A stretch of DNA of 64,000 nucleotides from an uncultured Gemmatimonadales bacterium (GTDB taxonomy: Bacteria > Gemmatimonadota > Gemmatimonadetes > Gemmatimonadales > GWC2-71-9). Below, piece by piece: positions 19,177-29,710 of this stretch. The stretch lies in assembly GCA_963798915.1 (NCBI GenBank), contig CAWCVB010000002.1, forward strand, positions 384,001-448,000, in the 5' to 3' direction. The notes beneath the pieces were generated by a model. That model did no database searches and was not told the origin of the DNA. It saw nothing but the letters and a program-made list of their open reading frames with translations. The translations under genes were made by a program, and so were the position numbers. The stretch's first letter is position 1. Each line of letters begins with the position of its first letter.

Positions 19177-20661
19177 CTATTGAACGGCAAAGCTCGCCTG
19201 CAGGGCCCGCTGCGCCCGGCTGCTGGCCAGGTTCCACTCGAACCAGCGGCGTCGGAGTCCGCCGCTCGACTTGGCATAGCGCTTCTGCACCGCCAGGCGG
19301 ATCTCGGACTGGATCGGTTCGGGAAGGGCAGGGAGCCGTTCCGCGAGAGCCGGGATGGCATCGGGCGAAAGCGCCTGTGTCAGGTAGGCGACATCGAGCT
19401 TCCCGGTGCTCGCGTACCGGTCCAGGTTGCGCCTGGCAATCCAGGCTTCGTGGTTCCAGTAGATGAGTGCGATGAAGAGGAGCGTGGCCGCCGCCGCGGC
19501 TCGGCGGAACAGGCGGCCCGCATCGAAGTCACTGGCGACCTCGAGCCAGAGCAACGCCAGCCCGGCGGCGACGGCGCACAGATACACCTGGACATACAGT
19601 CGCGCGGTGGTGAATCCGTACGCCGCCTCGTATAGCCATACCCGGCGGAAGGCAGAGATGAGCAGCAGCAGCACCGCCGCGATGACCGCAAAGGTCAGCA
19701 GGCGGAGAGTGCGCGCTCGACCGTCATCGTTACCGTAGCGTTCGGAGATGACAATGAGCAGTGCGCTCGCCGACGCGACCACCGACAGCTCGCCAAAACC
19801 ACGGTGGACGTACTCGGCGAACGTCATTCCCGAGGCGGGAATCCGCGGAAGGTTGCCAAAGAAATAGCCCAGCTGAACAGTCAGGAAGAGCCAGAAGAGC
19901 GCGGCGACACCGGCCAGCAGGATAGTGCGCTCGGTCGATCCGAACCATCGGTCGGGTTGCCTGCTTTCCACTGCCGGAGCAGTTGCCCGGTGTACCGACG
20001 CATATCCATACGCGCCGAGCACGACCACGAGCAGGGCGACGAAGAAGATGACGCGCGGGACGAAGTCCCAGCTGGCAAACAGGTTTCCGATGGCGTCGCG
20101 GCCTGCCGCGAAGAGTGGGTCGGCCCCGGCCAGCAGAAGCGCAAAGGCGATGAGGACAGGCAGGGTAATGATGAGGCCGCGGACCCACGCGCGGGCGCGG
20201 CTTGACCGGATGAGGTCGGTGGCTTCCACCGCTCGGCGCATCGCCTGAGGCACCGCATGCCTGAACGCCATGACTGGTGCGGTGGCGGCAAAGCGGGCTG
20301 TAACCGCCCGGAGGGACAGGCCGGCGCTCAACAGCATCTGCATCGCCAGGAGGAAGATGATGGCGAGGCAGATCAGCACCGACAGCTGCGGGCTGGCAGT
20401 CACCGCCGCCGCCCCGGCAATCGCGACTCCGGCGGCGCCCAGGAGCTGGACTGACGGTGCAGGGAGGCCATGCCGCCGCAGAACCAGCAGCAGACCGGCC
20501 GTGGCCGCGGCGGTCCACAGGACCCAGTTGATGCCGGGCATGGCATCGTACAGCATCCAGCTCCCCAACCCTGCCACTGCTGCGGCGGTGACCCAGAGCG
20601 TTCCGGGTCCACCGGTTACCGGGCCTGCAACCGGGCTCTGATCGTCGGATATATGGCTCAT
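19177..20661 (-). CDS. DUF4153/DUF4173 polytopic membrane protein
   Basis: LLAGADPLF, TFAEYVHRGFGEL, LYEAAYGFTTARL, LSPDAIP. Confidence 0.85.
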   Translation of the reverse strand: MSHISDDQSPVAGPVTGGPGTLWVTAAAVAGLGSWMLYDAMPGINWVLWTAAATAGLLLVLRRHGLPAPSVQLLGAAGVAIAGAAAVTASPQLSVLICLAIIFLLAMQMLLSAGLSLRAVTARFAATAPVMAFRHAVPQAMRRAVEATDLIRSSRARAWVRGLIITLPVLIAFALLLAGADPLFAAGRDAIGNLFASWDFVPRVIFFVALLVVVLGAYGYASVHRATAPAVESRQPDRWFGSTERTILLAGVAALFWLFLTVQLGYFFGNLPRIPASGMTFAEYVHRGFGELSVVASASALLIVISERYGNDDGRARTLRLLTFAVIAAVLLLLISAFRRVWLYEAAYGFTTARLYVQVYLCAVAAGLALLWLEVASDFDAGRLFRRAAAAATLLFIALIYWNHEAWIARRNLDRYASTGKLDVAYLTQALSPDAIPALAERLPALPEPIQSEIRLAVQKRYAKSSGGLRRRWFEWNLASSRAQRALQASFAVQ

Positions 20662-20751
20662 GGGTGCCGAATATCCGCAAAGTGGCCATTATTGTCAAGT
20701 ACTTTGTAGTCTAAAGTTACTCAGGGTCGCTTGGGCCCTTCGACCCGTGCC

Positions 20752-21261
20752 TCAGTGCCCGGCGGGTGGCGCTGTCGGCGCTGAAACTCCGCTGAACATG
20801 TCCACGACGTAGCGCCAGCGGCCGTCGGCACCCCTGCGCAGGACCTCGGTGTATTTCACCGTATCCGAAACGCCGCCCATTGCAAAGGTCGCGGTGCCGA
20901 CCTGGTAGGCCAGGTCGCCCGCCCCGTATGTGATTGTCGGCGTGAGCACAAAATCGCGTGCGCCGGCGGTGATCAGGCCCGCGATGACCGGGTGACCTGC
21001 ATTGCCCTCCAGGATCGGGGAGTCGGGTGGCAGGATCCTGGCGTCGGCGGCGTAGACTGCCAGCACGGCGGCCGTGTCACCGGCGTTCACGCCGGCGGCG
21101 AACGCGGCGTCAACTGCCTTGACCGAATCGAGCGCCGCTGCCGAGAGTGCCGACGATGCGCCGGTTGATGTGGCGCCGGCCGGTGCGTCCGGCGTCGGCG
21201 CGCAGGCAACGGCGAGGAGGCCAAAGGCGGTCAGGGAAGAAAAGAGGGCGGACAGGCGCAT
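20752..21261 (-). CDS. DUF4440/SnoaL-like lipoprotein
   Basis: AVAC lipobox; GDLAYQVG, RRGADGRWRYVVD. Confidence 0.8.
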   Translation of the reverse strand: MRLSALFSSLTAFGLLAVACAPTPDAPAGATSTGASSALSAAALDSVKAVDAAFAAGVNAGDTAAVLAVYAADARILPPDSPILEGNAGHPVIAGLITAGARDFVLTPTITYGAGDLAYQVGTATFAMGGVSDTVKYTEVLRRGADGRWRYVVDMFSGVSAPTAPPAGH

Positions 21262-21499
21262 TGGTCGAGCTCCGGGGGCAAGGGGACACTTGGTGTGGGC
21301 GCGTCGACTCCAGATATCCGTCCAATCTGGTCATCTGGCAAGGTCGCTGGACGATCGACGGCGCCCCGGCGCCGTCGCTTGCCACCGGATCGCCGGCGTC
21401 TGGCCGACATCAATCCGGTGCGCTTCACGTTGCTCAGTGCGGTCGTCGGGGCGTCGGTGTGCGCTGAGGCGCCCGGCATCGAGCCCCGGACCCATCCGC

Positions 21500-21650
21500 T
21501 CAACCGACCGCCTGCTTCAGGAGCGCCACGATGCGTGCCTCGGTGCCCGCCGTCTCGCGGGCGCGTTCCTTCATTGCGGCGCACTCATCATCCGTGAATC
21601 CGGTGGACTGATTGTTCCTTGTGGTGGCGCGCTTGCAGGATTGCTGCGTC
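21500..21650 (-). pseudogene. Internally deleted DUF1801-like gene
   Basis: GFTDDECAAMKERARE joined to EARIVALLKQAVG. Confidence 0.5.
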
Positions 21651-21672
21651 TGGTTCCTGGGCGGCCTCCTTC

Positions 21673-22176
21673 CTAGAGCCAGCGACGGACAGCGCGCTGG
21701 TACGAGAGGTACTCTGACGGAAACCGAGTCTCGAGGTAGCGCTCTTCCCGCGGAATGACCACCATCGCCATGAGGGCGAGCGCCGGGATTACTGCAAGCA
21801 GCAAGGCAAGACTGTCCAGCCATGCAGCGAGTCCCACCTGAAAAAGCGTGAAAGCGAGATAGATGGGATTTCGGGTGAACCCATATGGCCCCGCCCGAAC
21901 AATCCGGGCGGTGGGGCGGTTGCCCGGGACGGGCGTGCCCGCCTTTCGGAAGGTGCGCACTGCGGAAATGAAGAGGACAGCGGCGGCGAGCACGACCAAG
22001 ACACCAATCGGAACGGCGACCGAACCGGGCAGCCATCGTGCCGGCCAGAACAGGTGAACGATCAGGCCGAGAGCAATGGAAGCCAGGTAGACAAAGGGCG
22101 GGCGGACAAGTCCGAGGTTGGCAGCCTCCACCCCGGGCTGTCCGGCGTGGATCTCGTGTTCAGCATCATGCGTCAT
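21673..22176 (-). CDS. Isoprenylcysteine carboxyl methyltransferase family protein
   Basis: GPYGFTRNPIY, EERYL..RF..EY..Y...VRRW. Confidence 0.9.
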   Translation of the reverse strand: MTHDAEHEIHAGQPGVEAANLGLVRPPFVYLASIALGLIVHLFWPARWLPGSVAVPIGVLVVLAAAVLFISAVRTFRKAGTPVPGNRPTARIVRAGPYGFTRNPIYLAFTLFQVGLAAWLDSLALLLAVIPALALMAMVVIPREERYLETRFPSEYLSYQRAVRRWL

Positions 22177-22841
22177 ACGGAGCCACAGCCATCAGCGCAG
22201 GCCGACCGGCCACGCAATCCTTCCACGCCTTCCCACGCGATCAAGGGCACCATGGCGAGCGCTGCGGCAGCATCGGCCCACCACCATGCAACCAGGGCAT
22301 TGAGGAGCAGGCCAGCCAGCAGGATGGCGGACAGGTAGGTGCAGATCATGGTCTGCTTCGCCTCAGCGGCCAGTGCGCCGCTCCCGAGGCTGAGGGCGAT
22401 GCGGCGCTTGGCGTGCGCCAGATAGGGCATGACGACAAGGGAGGCGGTGGCGAGGGCGATGCCGATCCAGCTCTCGCTCGGCGCCTGACGCGAGATCAGT
22501 GCGCTGCCGGCCTCTGCGCCGACGTAGATCGCCAGGCCAATGAAGCAGGCGCCGATGATGCGGTGAGCTCTCCGCTCCGCGGCCGCACGGCGACCTGCAT
22601 CGGCGTCGGCATTGAGGCGCCAGATCGCGGCCAGGCTGGCTGTCAGTTCGATCACGCTGTCGACGCCGAACCCTACCAGCGCAATACTCCCCGCGAGCGC
22701 GCCAGCACCAATCGCCACGAACCCTTCCAGGCTATTGTAGGCGAGCGTAGCATAGTTCAGGCGACGGCTGCGCTGCACGAGCGCTGTCCGACCAGCTGGA
22801 GGCGGGCGGGACGTATTTGGCCTATCCCTGTGCGGGCGCAT
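22173..22841 (-). CDS. Cation diffusion facilitator-like transporter (TM domain only)
   Basis: YNSLEG, ALVGFGVDSVIE, WWWAD; start uncertain. Confidence 0.8.
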   Translation of the reverse strand: MRPHRDRPNTSRPPPAGRTALVQRSRRLNYATLAYNSLEGFVAIGAGALAGSIALVGFGVDSVIELTASLAAIWRLNADADAGRRAAAERRAHRIIGACFIGLAIYVGAEAGSALISRQAPSESWIGIALATASLVVMPYLAHAKRRIALSLGSGALAAEAKQTMICTYLSAILLAGLLLNALVAWWWADAAAALAMVPLIAWEGVEGLRGRSACADGCGSV

Positions 22842-23403
22842 AGGTGGCAAGTACCACGCCCTTGGCCGTGGTACTGCTGTCAATCAGTCTCAGCGCGGCG
22901 TACGTGCCGCCGGCAAAGAACCGTCTCCCGGTGCCCAGCACCAGGGGATGGATCATCAGCAGGTACTCGTCGATCAGATCAGCGACCATCAGCGAGCCGA
23001 TCAGCACGCCGCTGCCCATGATCACGAGGTTCGCGTCCGAACTTCGCTTCAGGTCCGCCACGGCGCCAGGAACGTCACCGTGCAGGAGCGTCGAGTTCGG
23101 CCACGGAATTTCTGCCGCTGGGTTGCGCGAAGCGACATACTTCGGGGTGTTGTTGAGCGCGTCCTTGAACGGCCCGCCCCGGGCATTCCAGGTGGCCAGC
23201 AGGTCTTCGTACGTGCGCCGCCCGAACAGGAACGCGTGCTCCGCGCCCATCCGTTCGCCCATCTTGGCGCCGATCGCCTGGTCGCTGCCCGCGACCGCCC
23301 AGCCGCCCAGCGCAAAGCCATCGCGGGTATCCTCGTCCGGGCGGCCCGGCCCCTGCATCACGCCGTCAAGCGTGATGGAATTCATCACGATTACCTTGCC
23401 CAT
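22822..23403 (-). CDS. Dihydrofolate reductase (RibD_C) family protein
   Basis: ITLDGVMQGPG, FGRRTYE, HPLVLGTG. Confidence 0.88.
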   Translation of the reverse strand: MGKVIVMNSITLDGVMQGPGRPDEDTRDGFALGGWAVAGSDQAIGAKMGERMGAEHAFLFGRRTYEDLLATWNARGGPFKDALNNTPKYVASRNPAAEIPWPNSTLLHGDVPGAVADLKRSSDANLVIMGSGVLIGSLMVADLIDEYLLMIHPLVLGTGRRFFAGGTYAALRLIDSSTTAKGVVLATYAPAQG

Positions 23404-23465
23404 GTCCTCTCCTTTTTATTTCCGCCAGGGTGGCACCGCTACGCGCGCTCACGACTTCTTCGCCA

Positions 23466-24050
23466 CTACTTGAGAGAGCTGCCAAGGCCGAGTTCGGCCA
23501 GGAGATCGTTGCTCTGCCGGATGGTAGCGAACTCGCCATGCAGGCTGGCCAGCCCGAGCCGATGCATCTGCTCGGCGGTGTACTGCGTACCGTCGTGCCC
23601 GACCCGATCGAAGGTGGCCGTCGCGTCCGCAACGACGACCGTGGCAAAGCCCAGGTTGGCGGCCATGCGCGCCGTGGTGGAAACACAGTGGTCAGTCGTG
23701 AGGCCGGCAAGTACCAGCGCCTCGATCTGGTGCTCGCGGAGATACTGCTCGAGCGCCGTACCGATGAAGGCGCTGTTGACCTGCTTCTGGAAGACGGGCT
23801 CCCCCGGTGCTGGCGTTGCCTCCGGCTTGAAGGCGTTGCCGGCCTGACCGGGCCGAAGCGGCGAGCCGGGCTCGCGCGACATGTGCTGGACGTGCATGAC
23901 GGGCCGACCGCTGGAGCGCCATCCGTCCAGCAGTTCCGCGATATGTCGCTCGGCGTCCGGATTGTTTCGCGCGCCCCAGCAGGGATCATCGAACCCCTGC
24001 TGGACATCGATCAGCAACAGCGCGGTGTTCTGGGAATCGATCATGCCCAC
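23466..24050 (-). CDS. Isochorismatase-family cysteine hydrolase
   Basis: ALLLIDVQ, KQVNSAF, TDHCVSTT. Confidence 0.9.
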   Translation of the reverse strand: MGMIDSQNTALLLIDVQQGFDDPCWGARNNPDAERHIAELLDGWRSSGRPVMHVQHMSREPGSPLRPGQAGNAFKPEATPAPGEPVFQKQVNSAFIGTALEQYLREHQIEALVLAGLTTDHCVSTTARMAANLGFATVVVADATATFDRVGHDGTQYTAEQMHRLGLASLHGEFATIRQSNDLLAELGLGSSLK

Positions 24051-24077
24051 TCCGATGTCCGACGATGTGTAAGCCGT

Positions 24078-24554
24078 TCAGCCTGGCTTCTGATAGGTCC
24101 CCATCAGTTGCGTCCGCCCCACCTCGTGCCCCGCCATGGCTCGCTCGAACTCCTTCCGGCCTGCCGCCGCGCCAAGGTCGGGCAGCATGATATCCAGGGC
24201 ATAGAGATGAAAGAAGTACCGGTGCCTGCCGATCGGCGGACAGGGGCCATGCCAGCCGCCCTCACGCTTGTAGTTCGCTCCGTCCCGCGCCTCCCCCTCC
24301 GGCGCCGAATTGCCCGCCCCCTCGGCGAGTTGCTGCACACCTGCCGGGATATTGTAGCGTATCCAATGGACCACCACGCGCTTGGGCGCCGCCGGATCCG
24401 GCGCATCCGGGTCGTCCACCAACAGGGCAAAGCTCGTCGTCCCCGCAGGAGCGTCGCTCCACTCGAGCGGTGGTGAAATGTCGTCGCCTTCGCAGGTGTA
24501 GCGGGAGGGAATCGGCTGTCCCTCTGCAAATGCGGATGAATGTATTTCGAACAT
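24078..24554 (-). CDS. YbhB/YbcL (PEBP) family protein
   Basis: SPPLEWS, DDPDAP, HW, GPCPPIGRHRYFF. Confidence 0.92.
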   Translation of the reverse strand: MFEIHSSAFAEGQPIPSRYTCEGDDISPPLEWSDAPAGTTSFALLVDDPDAPDPAAPKRVVVHWIRYNIPAGVQQLAEGAGNSAPEGEARDGANYKREGGWHGPCPPIGRHRYFFHLYALDIMLPDLGAAAGRKEFERAMAGHEVGRTQLMGTYQKPG

Positions 24555-24576
24555 GATGGGTCTCCTTCCATGGGAT

Positions 24577-25518
24577 CTACTCCTCGCTCGGCTTCAACGC
24601 CGCCGCTCCCTCCGCCGGTTGCCACGGATGCGTTGGCTCAAAGGTTTTCCACAACAGCGCCGATACCTTTCGGAGCAGCACGTATCCCTGGTTGTCTGGT
24701 GCCCAGCTCGAATCGGCCAGTTGCCGGGTGATCACGCAGAAGACGTAGTCGCCCGAGGGTGCGTTCACCAGCACCACCTCCGACCGGGAGTGATCCACCG
24801 CGCCCTGCTTGGACGCCGCCTGCACCCAAGGCGGAATCTGCGACAGCGCTTCACCATTCCAGTAGCTCCGCGTGAGCGCACGGTACATCTCCTCACTCGC
24901 CGCCCGGCTCACGGCCTTGCCCTGTCGGATCATGGTGAGCAGGCGTGCCATCTCCCTGGGCGTGGTCTGGCCCCAGCCATATTGTTCCCAGTCGGGCTGC
25001 CGGCCTGGCGTCCGCGAGTTCATCCTGGTGTGCTCGAAGCCATGCTGTTCCAGCCACTGGTTGATGGTGACACCGGTACCCGCCATGGATTGCAGCCAGA
25101 GCGACGCGGTGTTGTCGCTCATCGTGAGCATGAGCATGACGAGCTCGGTCGGCGCAATGGTGGTGCTGTCCCGGAACGATCCAAGGATGTCCGCGCCGGC
25201 ATAGCGGAGCGAATCCGTGTACATCACCGGCTGGTGGAGGTCCACCTGGCCCCGGGCAACTGCGTCAAACAGGGTGACCAGGATCGGCACCTTGATCATG
25301 CTGGCAGTGGGAAACACGCTGTCGGCATTGAACGCCGCCGAGATGCCGCGCGTGAGGTGATGCACATAGATACCGACCTTGCCATCCACCTCGGCGGCCA
25401 GCGCGGCCAGTTGCCGTTCGAGCTTCGCGTCCCGACGCGGCGGCCGCTGCTGCGCATGGAGTGGGACGAGCGGAGCGAAGGTCGCAAGCAGGAACAGGGC
25501 GAGGGACGAACGGCGCAC
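24577..25518 (-). CDS. Class A beta-lactamase-like serine hydrolase
   Basis: SMIK, SDN, KQG; signal peptide. Confidence 0.85.
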   Translation of the reverse strand: MRRSSLALFLLATFAPLVPLHAQQRPPRRDAKLERQLAALAAEVDGKVGIYVHHLTRGISAAFNADSVFPTASMIKVPILVTLFDAVARGQVDLHQPVMYTDSLRYAGADILGSFRDSTTIAPTELVMLMLTMSDNTASLWLQSMAGTGVTINQWLEQHGFEHTRMNSRTPGRQPDWEQYGWGQTTPREMARLLTMIRQGKAVSRAASEEMYRALTRSYWNGEALSQIPPWVQAASKQGAVDHSRSEVVLVNAPSGDYVFCVITRQLADSSWAPDNQGYVLLRKVSALLWKTFEPTHPWQPAEGAAALKPSEE

Positions 25519-25647
25519 AGGGATCTCCCGGTGAGGTTCATTTATTTATTCTAACGTTGATCTGTCGCGAAACCCGGCGTCGCCAAGCTCCGTAGCGACT
25601 AGATGGTCCCGCCCGCCGGCGGTCGCAACCTCTTTCCCGGAATATGC

Positions 25648-28008
25648 ATGCATCTGTCACTGTTGCTCCTGCTGCAGAGCGCCACCGCATCGGCGAGCGT
25701 CGGCAGCGCTACCGCGCCCGCGCTCCACGGCGGACGGGCCGGCCAGGTCAATGTCGTGCCGCCCCGGATCGAGGCCGCTGTCACCACCGATGGCCGCCTG
25801 GATGAGCCGGTCTGGGCCCAGGCCGCGGTCCTTACCGACTTCTCTCAGTTCCTCCCGACCGACGGCATCCCAGCCGCCGACTCGACCACGGTCCTGGTCT
25901 GGTATTCACCCACGGCGCTGCATGTCGGCATTCGTGCCCGCGAGGCGCATGGCCAGCCGCAGGCCACGCTGGCTGACCGTGACCGGATCGGTTCGGACGA
26001 CTGGATCGAGCTCTTGATCGGCACCTTCAACGACGGCCGCACCGCCACGATGTTCGGCGTGAACCCGCTCGGTGTGCAGGCCGATGGCGCCCTGGTCGAG
26101 ACCGGCCAGAACAGCAGCACCTTCGGCTCGGCAGGCGCGGCGCGTGACCGCGCCGACCTCAGTCCCGACTACACCTGGCATTCACGCGGCCGGCTGGTGC
26201 CGGGCGGCTTCGAGGTCGAGATCGAGATTCCCTTCAAGAGTCTTCGGTTTCAACCGGCGGCATCCCAGACCTGGTCCTTTCAGGTCGTGCGCCACGTACA
26301 GCACTCCGGCTACGAGGACGTCTGGGCGCCCGCCCGCCGGGCCAGCGCGTCGTTCATTGGGCAGTCAGGCCAGCTGGAGCACCTGGAAGGGCTCCGGCGC
26401 GGGCTCGTGGTCGATGTCAATCCGGAGGTCACCGCCGCCTACTCCGGCGCCCGGCTTCCTGGCGGCGCATACCAGTACGGTGACGTGGAGCCTGACATCG
26501 GCGGCAGTCTCCGGTGGGGCGTCACCAACAACCTGACGCTGAACGGCGCCGCCAACCCTGATTTCAGTCAGGTGGAAAGCGATGCCGGCCAGCTCAACTT
26601 CGATCCCCGCAAGGCGCTCTTCTTCTCGGAGAAGCGGCCGTTCTTCCTGGACGGGATCGAGCAGTTCAACACACCGAACAACCTCATCTACACCCGGCGC
26701 ATTGTGCAGCCGATCGCCGCGGCCAAACTCACCGGCAAGACGCTCGGCGCCGACCTGGCGCTGCTCTCCGCGGTGGACGGCCGGGACGCCTCGGCTGCCG
26801 GCAGCAACCCGGTATTCAACATTCTCCGGGTGCAGAAGGGACTCGGCGGCGCGTCACGTGTCGGCGTGGCGTACACCGATTACGTCGATGGCGCCAACTA
26901 TAACCGGGTGGCTGACCTCGACGGTCGCATCGTCTTCGGCGGCGTCTATGCCGTCATCGCGCAGCTGGCGGCGAGCCGCACCCGGTCGAATGACGTGACC
27001 ACCACCGATCCGCTCTGGGCCCTGCGCTTCGATCGCAACGGTCAGCACTTCGGGTGGCGCACCACATTTTCCGGTATCGGGGACGAATTCACCACCCGGA
27101 GCGGCTTCATCGACCGAAACGGGATCGTGCATGCGATCGTCGCGCCGAACTACTCCTTCTATCCGAAGGAAGGTTCGCTGGTGCAGCGCGTCACCGCCGC
27201 CGTGACGCTGGATGGGACCTGGCAGTATCAGCGGTTCATCCATTCTGGCGGCATTCAGGACCGCAAGCTCCATTTCGACCTGAACTCCGCGCTCAGGGGC
27301 GGCTGGACGGTCGGAGGCGGCTGGTTCGTCGAGACCTTCGGCTATGACGAGGCGCTCTTCTCCAACTATTACCTGGGTGTGCCCGACGGCAGCGGCGGCA
27401 TCCGTTACCAGCCCTACGTGGGTCAGCCCAGGATTCCCAATAGCGAGTTCTACGTCACCATGACGACGCCCACCTGGAAGCACTTCGATGCCAATGTGCT
27501 CACGCTCTACGGTCACGACGAGAACTTCCCCGAGTGGGCGACGGCCAACCTGCTGGTGATTCAGGGCGGCATCAACGCCCGGCCTACCGAGCAGCTTCGG
27601 CTTGCATTCACCTACAACCACCAGCAGGTCAACCGCCGTACCGACGGCAGCGTGGTGCTGCTCAACCGGATTCCCCGCCTCAAGCTCGAATACCAGCTCG
27701 CCCGGCCGCTCTTCGTGCGCCTGGTCGGCGAGTATGCCATGAGCCAGCAGGACAGCCTGCGCGACAATTCCCGGACTGAGGCACCCATCTACTTCGGCGA
27801 CGGCAACGGCGGCTTCACCCGCGCCTCGGCCTTGCGACGAAATAATCTGCGAGCCGACCTGCTCCTGGCCTTCACACCGACACCCGGCACCGTGGTCTTC
27901 GCGGGCTATGGCAGCACCATGACCGAGCCCCGCGCATTCCGGTTCAGCCAGCTCGAGCGCCAGCGTGACAGCTTCTTTGCGAAAGTCAGTTATCTGTTCC
28001 GACTCTGA
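25648..28008 (+). CDS. CBM9-like + DUF5916 outer-membrane protein
   Basis: DGRLDEPVW, IPFKSLRF, NPDFSQVESD, FSEKRPFFL, C-terminal SYLFRL. Confidence 0.85.
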   Translation: MHLSLLLLLQSATASASVGSATAPALHGGRAGQVNVVPPRIEAAVTTDGRLDEPVWAQAAVLTDFSQFLPTDGIPAADSTTVLVWYSPTALHVGIRAREAHGQPQATLADRDRIGSDDWIELLIGTFNDGRTATMFGVNPLGVQADGALVETGQNSSTFGSAGAARDRADLSPDYTWHSRGRLVPGGFEVEIEIPFKSLRFQPAASQTWSFQVVRHVQHSGYEDVWAPARRASASFIGQSGQLEHLEGLRRGLVVDVNPEVTAAYSGARLPGGAYQYGDVEPDIGGSLRWGVTNNLTLNGAANPDFSQVESDAGQLNFDPRKALFFSEKRPFFLDGIEQFNTPNNLIYTRRIVQPIAAAKLTGKTLGADLALLSAVDGRDASAAGSNPVFNILRVQKGLGGASRVGVAYTDYVDGANYNRVADLDGRIVFGGVYAVIAQLAASRTRSNDVTTTDPLWALRFDRNGQHFGWRTTFSGIGDEFTTRSGFIDRNGIVHAIVAPNYSFYPKEGSLVQRVTAAVTLDGTWQYQRFIHSGGIQDRKLHFDLNSALRGGWTVGGGWFVETFGYDEALFSNYYLGVPDGSGGIRYQPYVGQPRIPNSEFYVTMTTPTWKHFDANVLTLYGHDENFPEWATANLLVIQGGINARPTEQLRLAFTYNHQQVNRRTDGSVVLLNRIPRLKLEYQLARPLFVRLVGEYAMSQQDSLRDNSRTEAPIYFGDGNGGFTRASALRRNNLRADLLLAFTPTPGTVVFAGYGSTMTEPRAFRFSQLERQRDSFFAKVSYLFRL

Positions 28009-28011
28009 GAA

Positions 28012-28117
28012 TCTCGACTTTCGACTCTCGACCCGCGACCGACGACCGACGACCGTCGACCGTTGACCGTTGACCGTTGACCGTTGACCGTTGACCGTTG
28101 ACCGTCGACCGTCGACC
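28012..28117. repeat. Heptamer tandem array (GAC-N4), including GACCGTT x6
   Basis: Read directly. Confidence 0.95.
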
Positions 28118-28150
28118 TTTCCCCCTCCGCCTCTCATCGGAGCCGATGCC

Positions 28151-29710
28151 GTGATCCGCAGTTGCCTGCTTGCCGTGGGCACGGGGGTGTTCCTTGCGGG
28201 GACGCCGCTCGCCGCCCAGATGCCCCGGGACTTCGATCGCTTCGTCACCACCACCCTTACCAGATTCGAGACGCCTGCCATGGCCGTCGCCGTGGTGAAG
28301 GACGGCAAGGTGCTGGTCGCCAAGGGCTATGGGATCAGGAAGATGGGAGATCCCGCCCCGGCCGACAGTCACACCCGCTTCGGCATCGCGTCCAACACCA
28401 AGGCCTTCACAGCCCTGGCGCTGGGCCTGCTGGTCGAGGAGGGCAAAGTCGAGTGGGATGCGCCGGTCATCCGCTATCTGCCCTGGTTCCAGATGTGGGA
28501 TCCCTGGGTAACGCGTGAACTGACGGTGCGCGATCTCCTGGTGCATCGCAGCGGGCTCGGGCTTGGTGCGGGGGACCTGCTCTGGTGGCCGGCGTCTACC
28601 TACACGCGCGATTCGATTGCCCGCCGGCTTCGCTTCATTCCGCCGGTCCGGAGCTTCCGGAATGGTTATGCGTACGACAACGTACTCTATCTCGTCGCCG
28701 GCCAGATCATCGAAGCCGTGAGTGGTCAGAGCTGGGAGGACTTCATCACCGAGCGGCTGCTCAAGCCGGTGGGCATGGCGAACGCTACCGTTCATCATTC
28801 CGATGCGGGCGATCCGGCCGCAAACCAGGCGGCGACGCATGCCGTGGTGGATGGAAAGATGCAGCCGATTCCCCCTTTCCTGAGCGACAATACCAACCCG
28901 GCAGGTGGGATCAACGCCAGCGCCGAGGACATGGCGCATTGGCTCATCGCCCAACTTGACTCAGGCAAGGTGAATGGAAAGGTGTTGTGGAAGCCGGCCA
29001 CTACCCGCGCCCAGTGGTCACTGGTGACCCCGCTCAATCCGGGCCCGGCGCCCGCACCGATCGCTCCACGCAGCACCAACTTCAGCGGCTACGGGCTGGG
29101 ATTCTTCATTCAGGACTATCGCGGGATGAAGATCGTGACCCATACCGGCGGCCTGCCAGGTTACCTCTCGCGGGTCATCATGGTCCCGGAGAAGAACATC
29201 GGCGTGGCGGTGCTGGCCAACGCCGAGAGCATGGCGTTCGAGGTCATCGCATGGCAGGCGCTGGATGATGCGCTGGGTGCGCCCAGGTTTGACTGGGCGG
29301 GCGGCTATGCGACGCTGGCAGCGCGCAACGACTCGGCCAATGCCGCCGCTGAACAGAAGGCCGCCACCTCACGGGATTCGACGGCGGGCCCCGCGCTGCC
29401 GCTCAATCGCTACGCCGGCACCTACCGCGACAAATGGTATGGCGACGTGAATGTCGCCGTGCAGAATGGCAAGCTGGTGATGCAGTTCGCCCACACCCCG
29501 TCACTTCTGGGCGACCTGGCGCACTGGCAGTATGAAACTTTCCTGGTGCGCTGGCGTGATCGCTCGCTCCGGGCCGATGCATTCGTCACCTTCAACCTGG
29601 ACGCGGAAGGGAAGGTGGAGAGCGCGCGCATGATCCCCGCATCTCCGGCCGTGGATTTCAGCTATGACTTTCAGGATCTGGACCTGCAGCGAGTGCAGGA
29701 GAAGCGCTGA
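28151..29710 (+). CDS. Serine hydrolase (AmpC-like) with DUF3471-like C-terminus
   Basis: SNTK, YDN, HTGG, YAGTY...YG. Confidence 0.88.
   Translation: MIRSCLLAVGTGVFLAGTPLAAQMPRDFDRFVTTTLTRFETPAMAVAVVKDGKVLVAKGYGIRKMGDPAPADSHTRFGIASNTKAFTALALGLLVEEGKVEWDAPVIRYLPWFQMWDPWVTRELTVRDLLVHRSGLGLGAGDLLWWPASTYTRDSIARRLRFIPPVRSFRNGYAYDNVLYLVAGQIIEAVSGQSWEDFITERLLKPVGMANATVHHSDAGDPAANQAATHAVVDGKMQPIPPFLSDNTNPAGGINASAEDMAHWLIAQLDSGKVNGKVLWKPATTRAQWSLVTPLNPGPAPAPIAPRSTNFSGYGLGFFIQDYRGMKIVTHTGGLPGYLSRVIMVPEKNIGVAVLANAESMAFEVIAWQALDDALGAPRFDWAGGYATLAARNDSANAAAEQKAATSRDSTAGPALPLNRYAGTYRDKWYGDVNVAVQNGKLVMQFAHTPSLLGDLAHWQYETFLVRWRDRSLRADAFVTFNLDAEGKVESARMIPASPAVDFSYDFQDLDLQRVQEKR

Noticed and set aside
24577..29710. 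Beta-lactamase-like genes as resistance determinants
   Set aside because: Fold motifs only; KQG replaces KTG and no clear Glu166 omega-loop motif; such hydrolases are widespread
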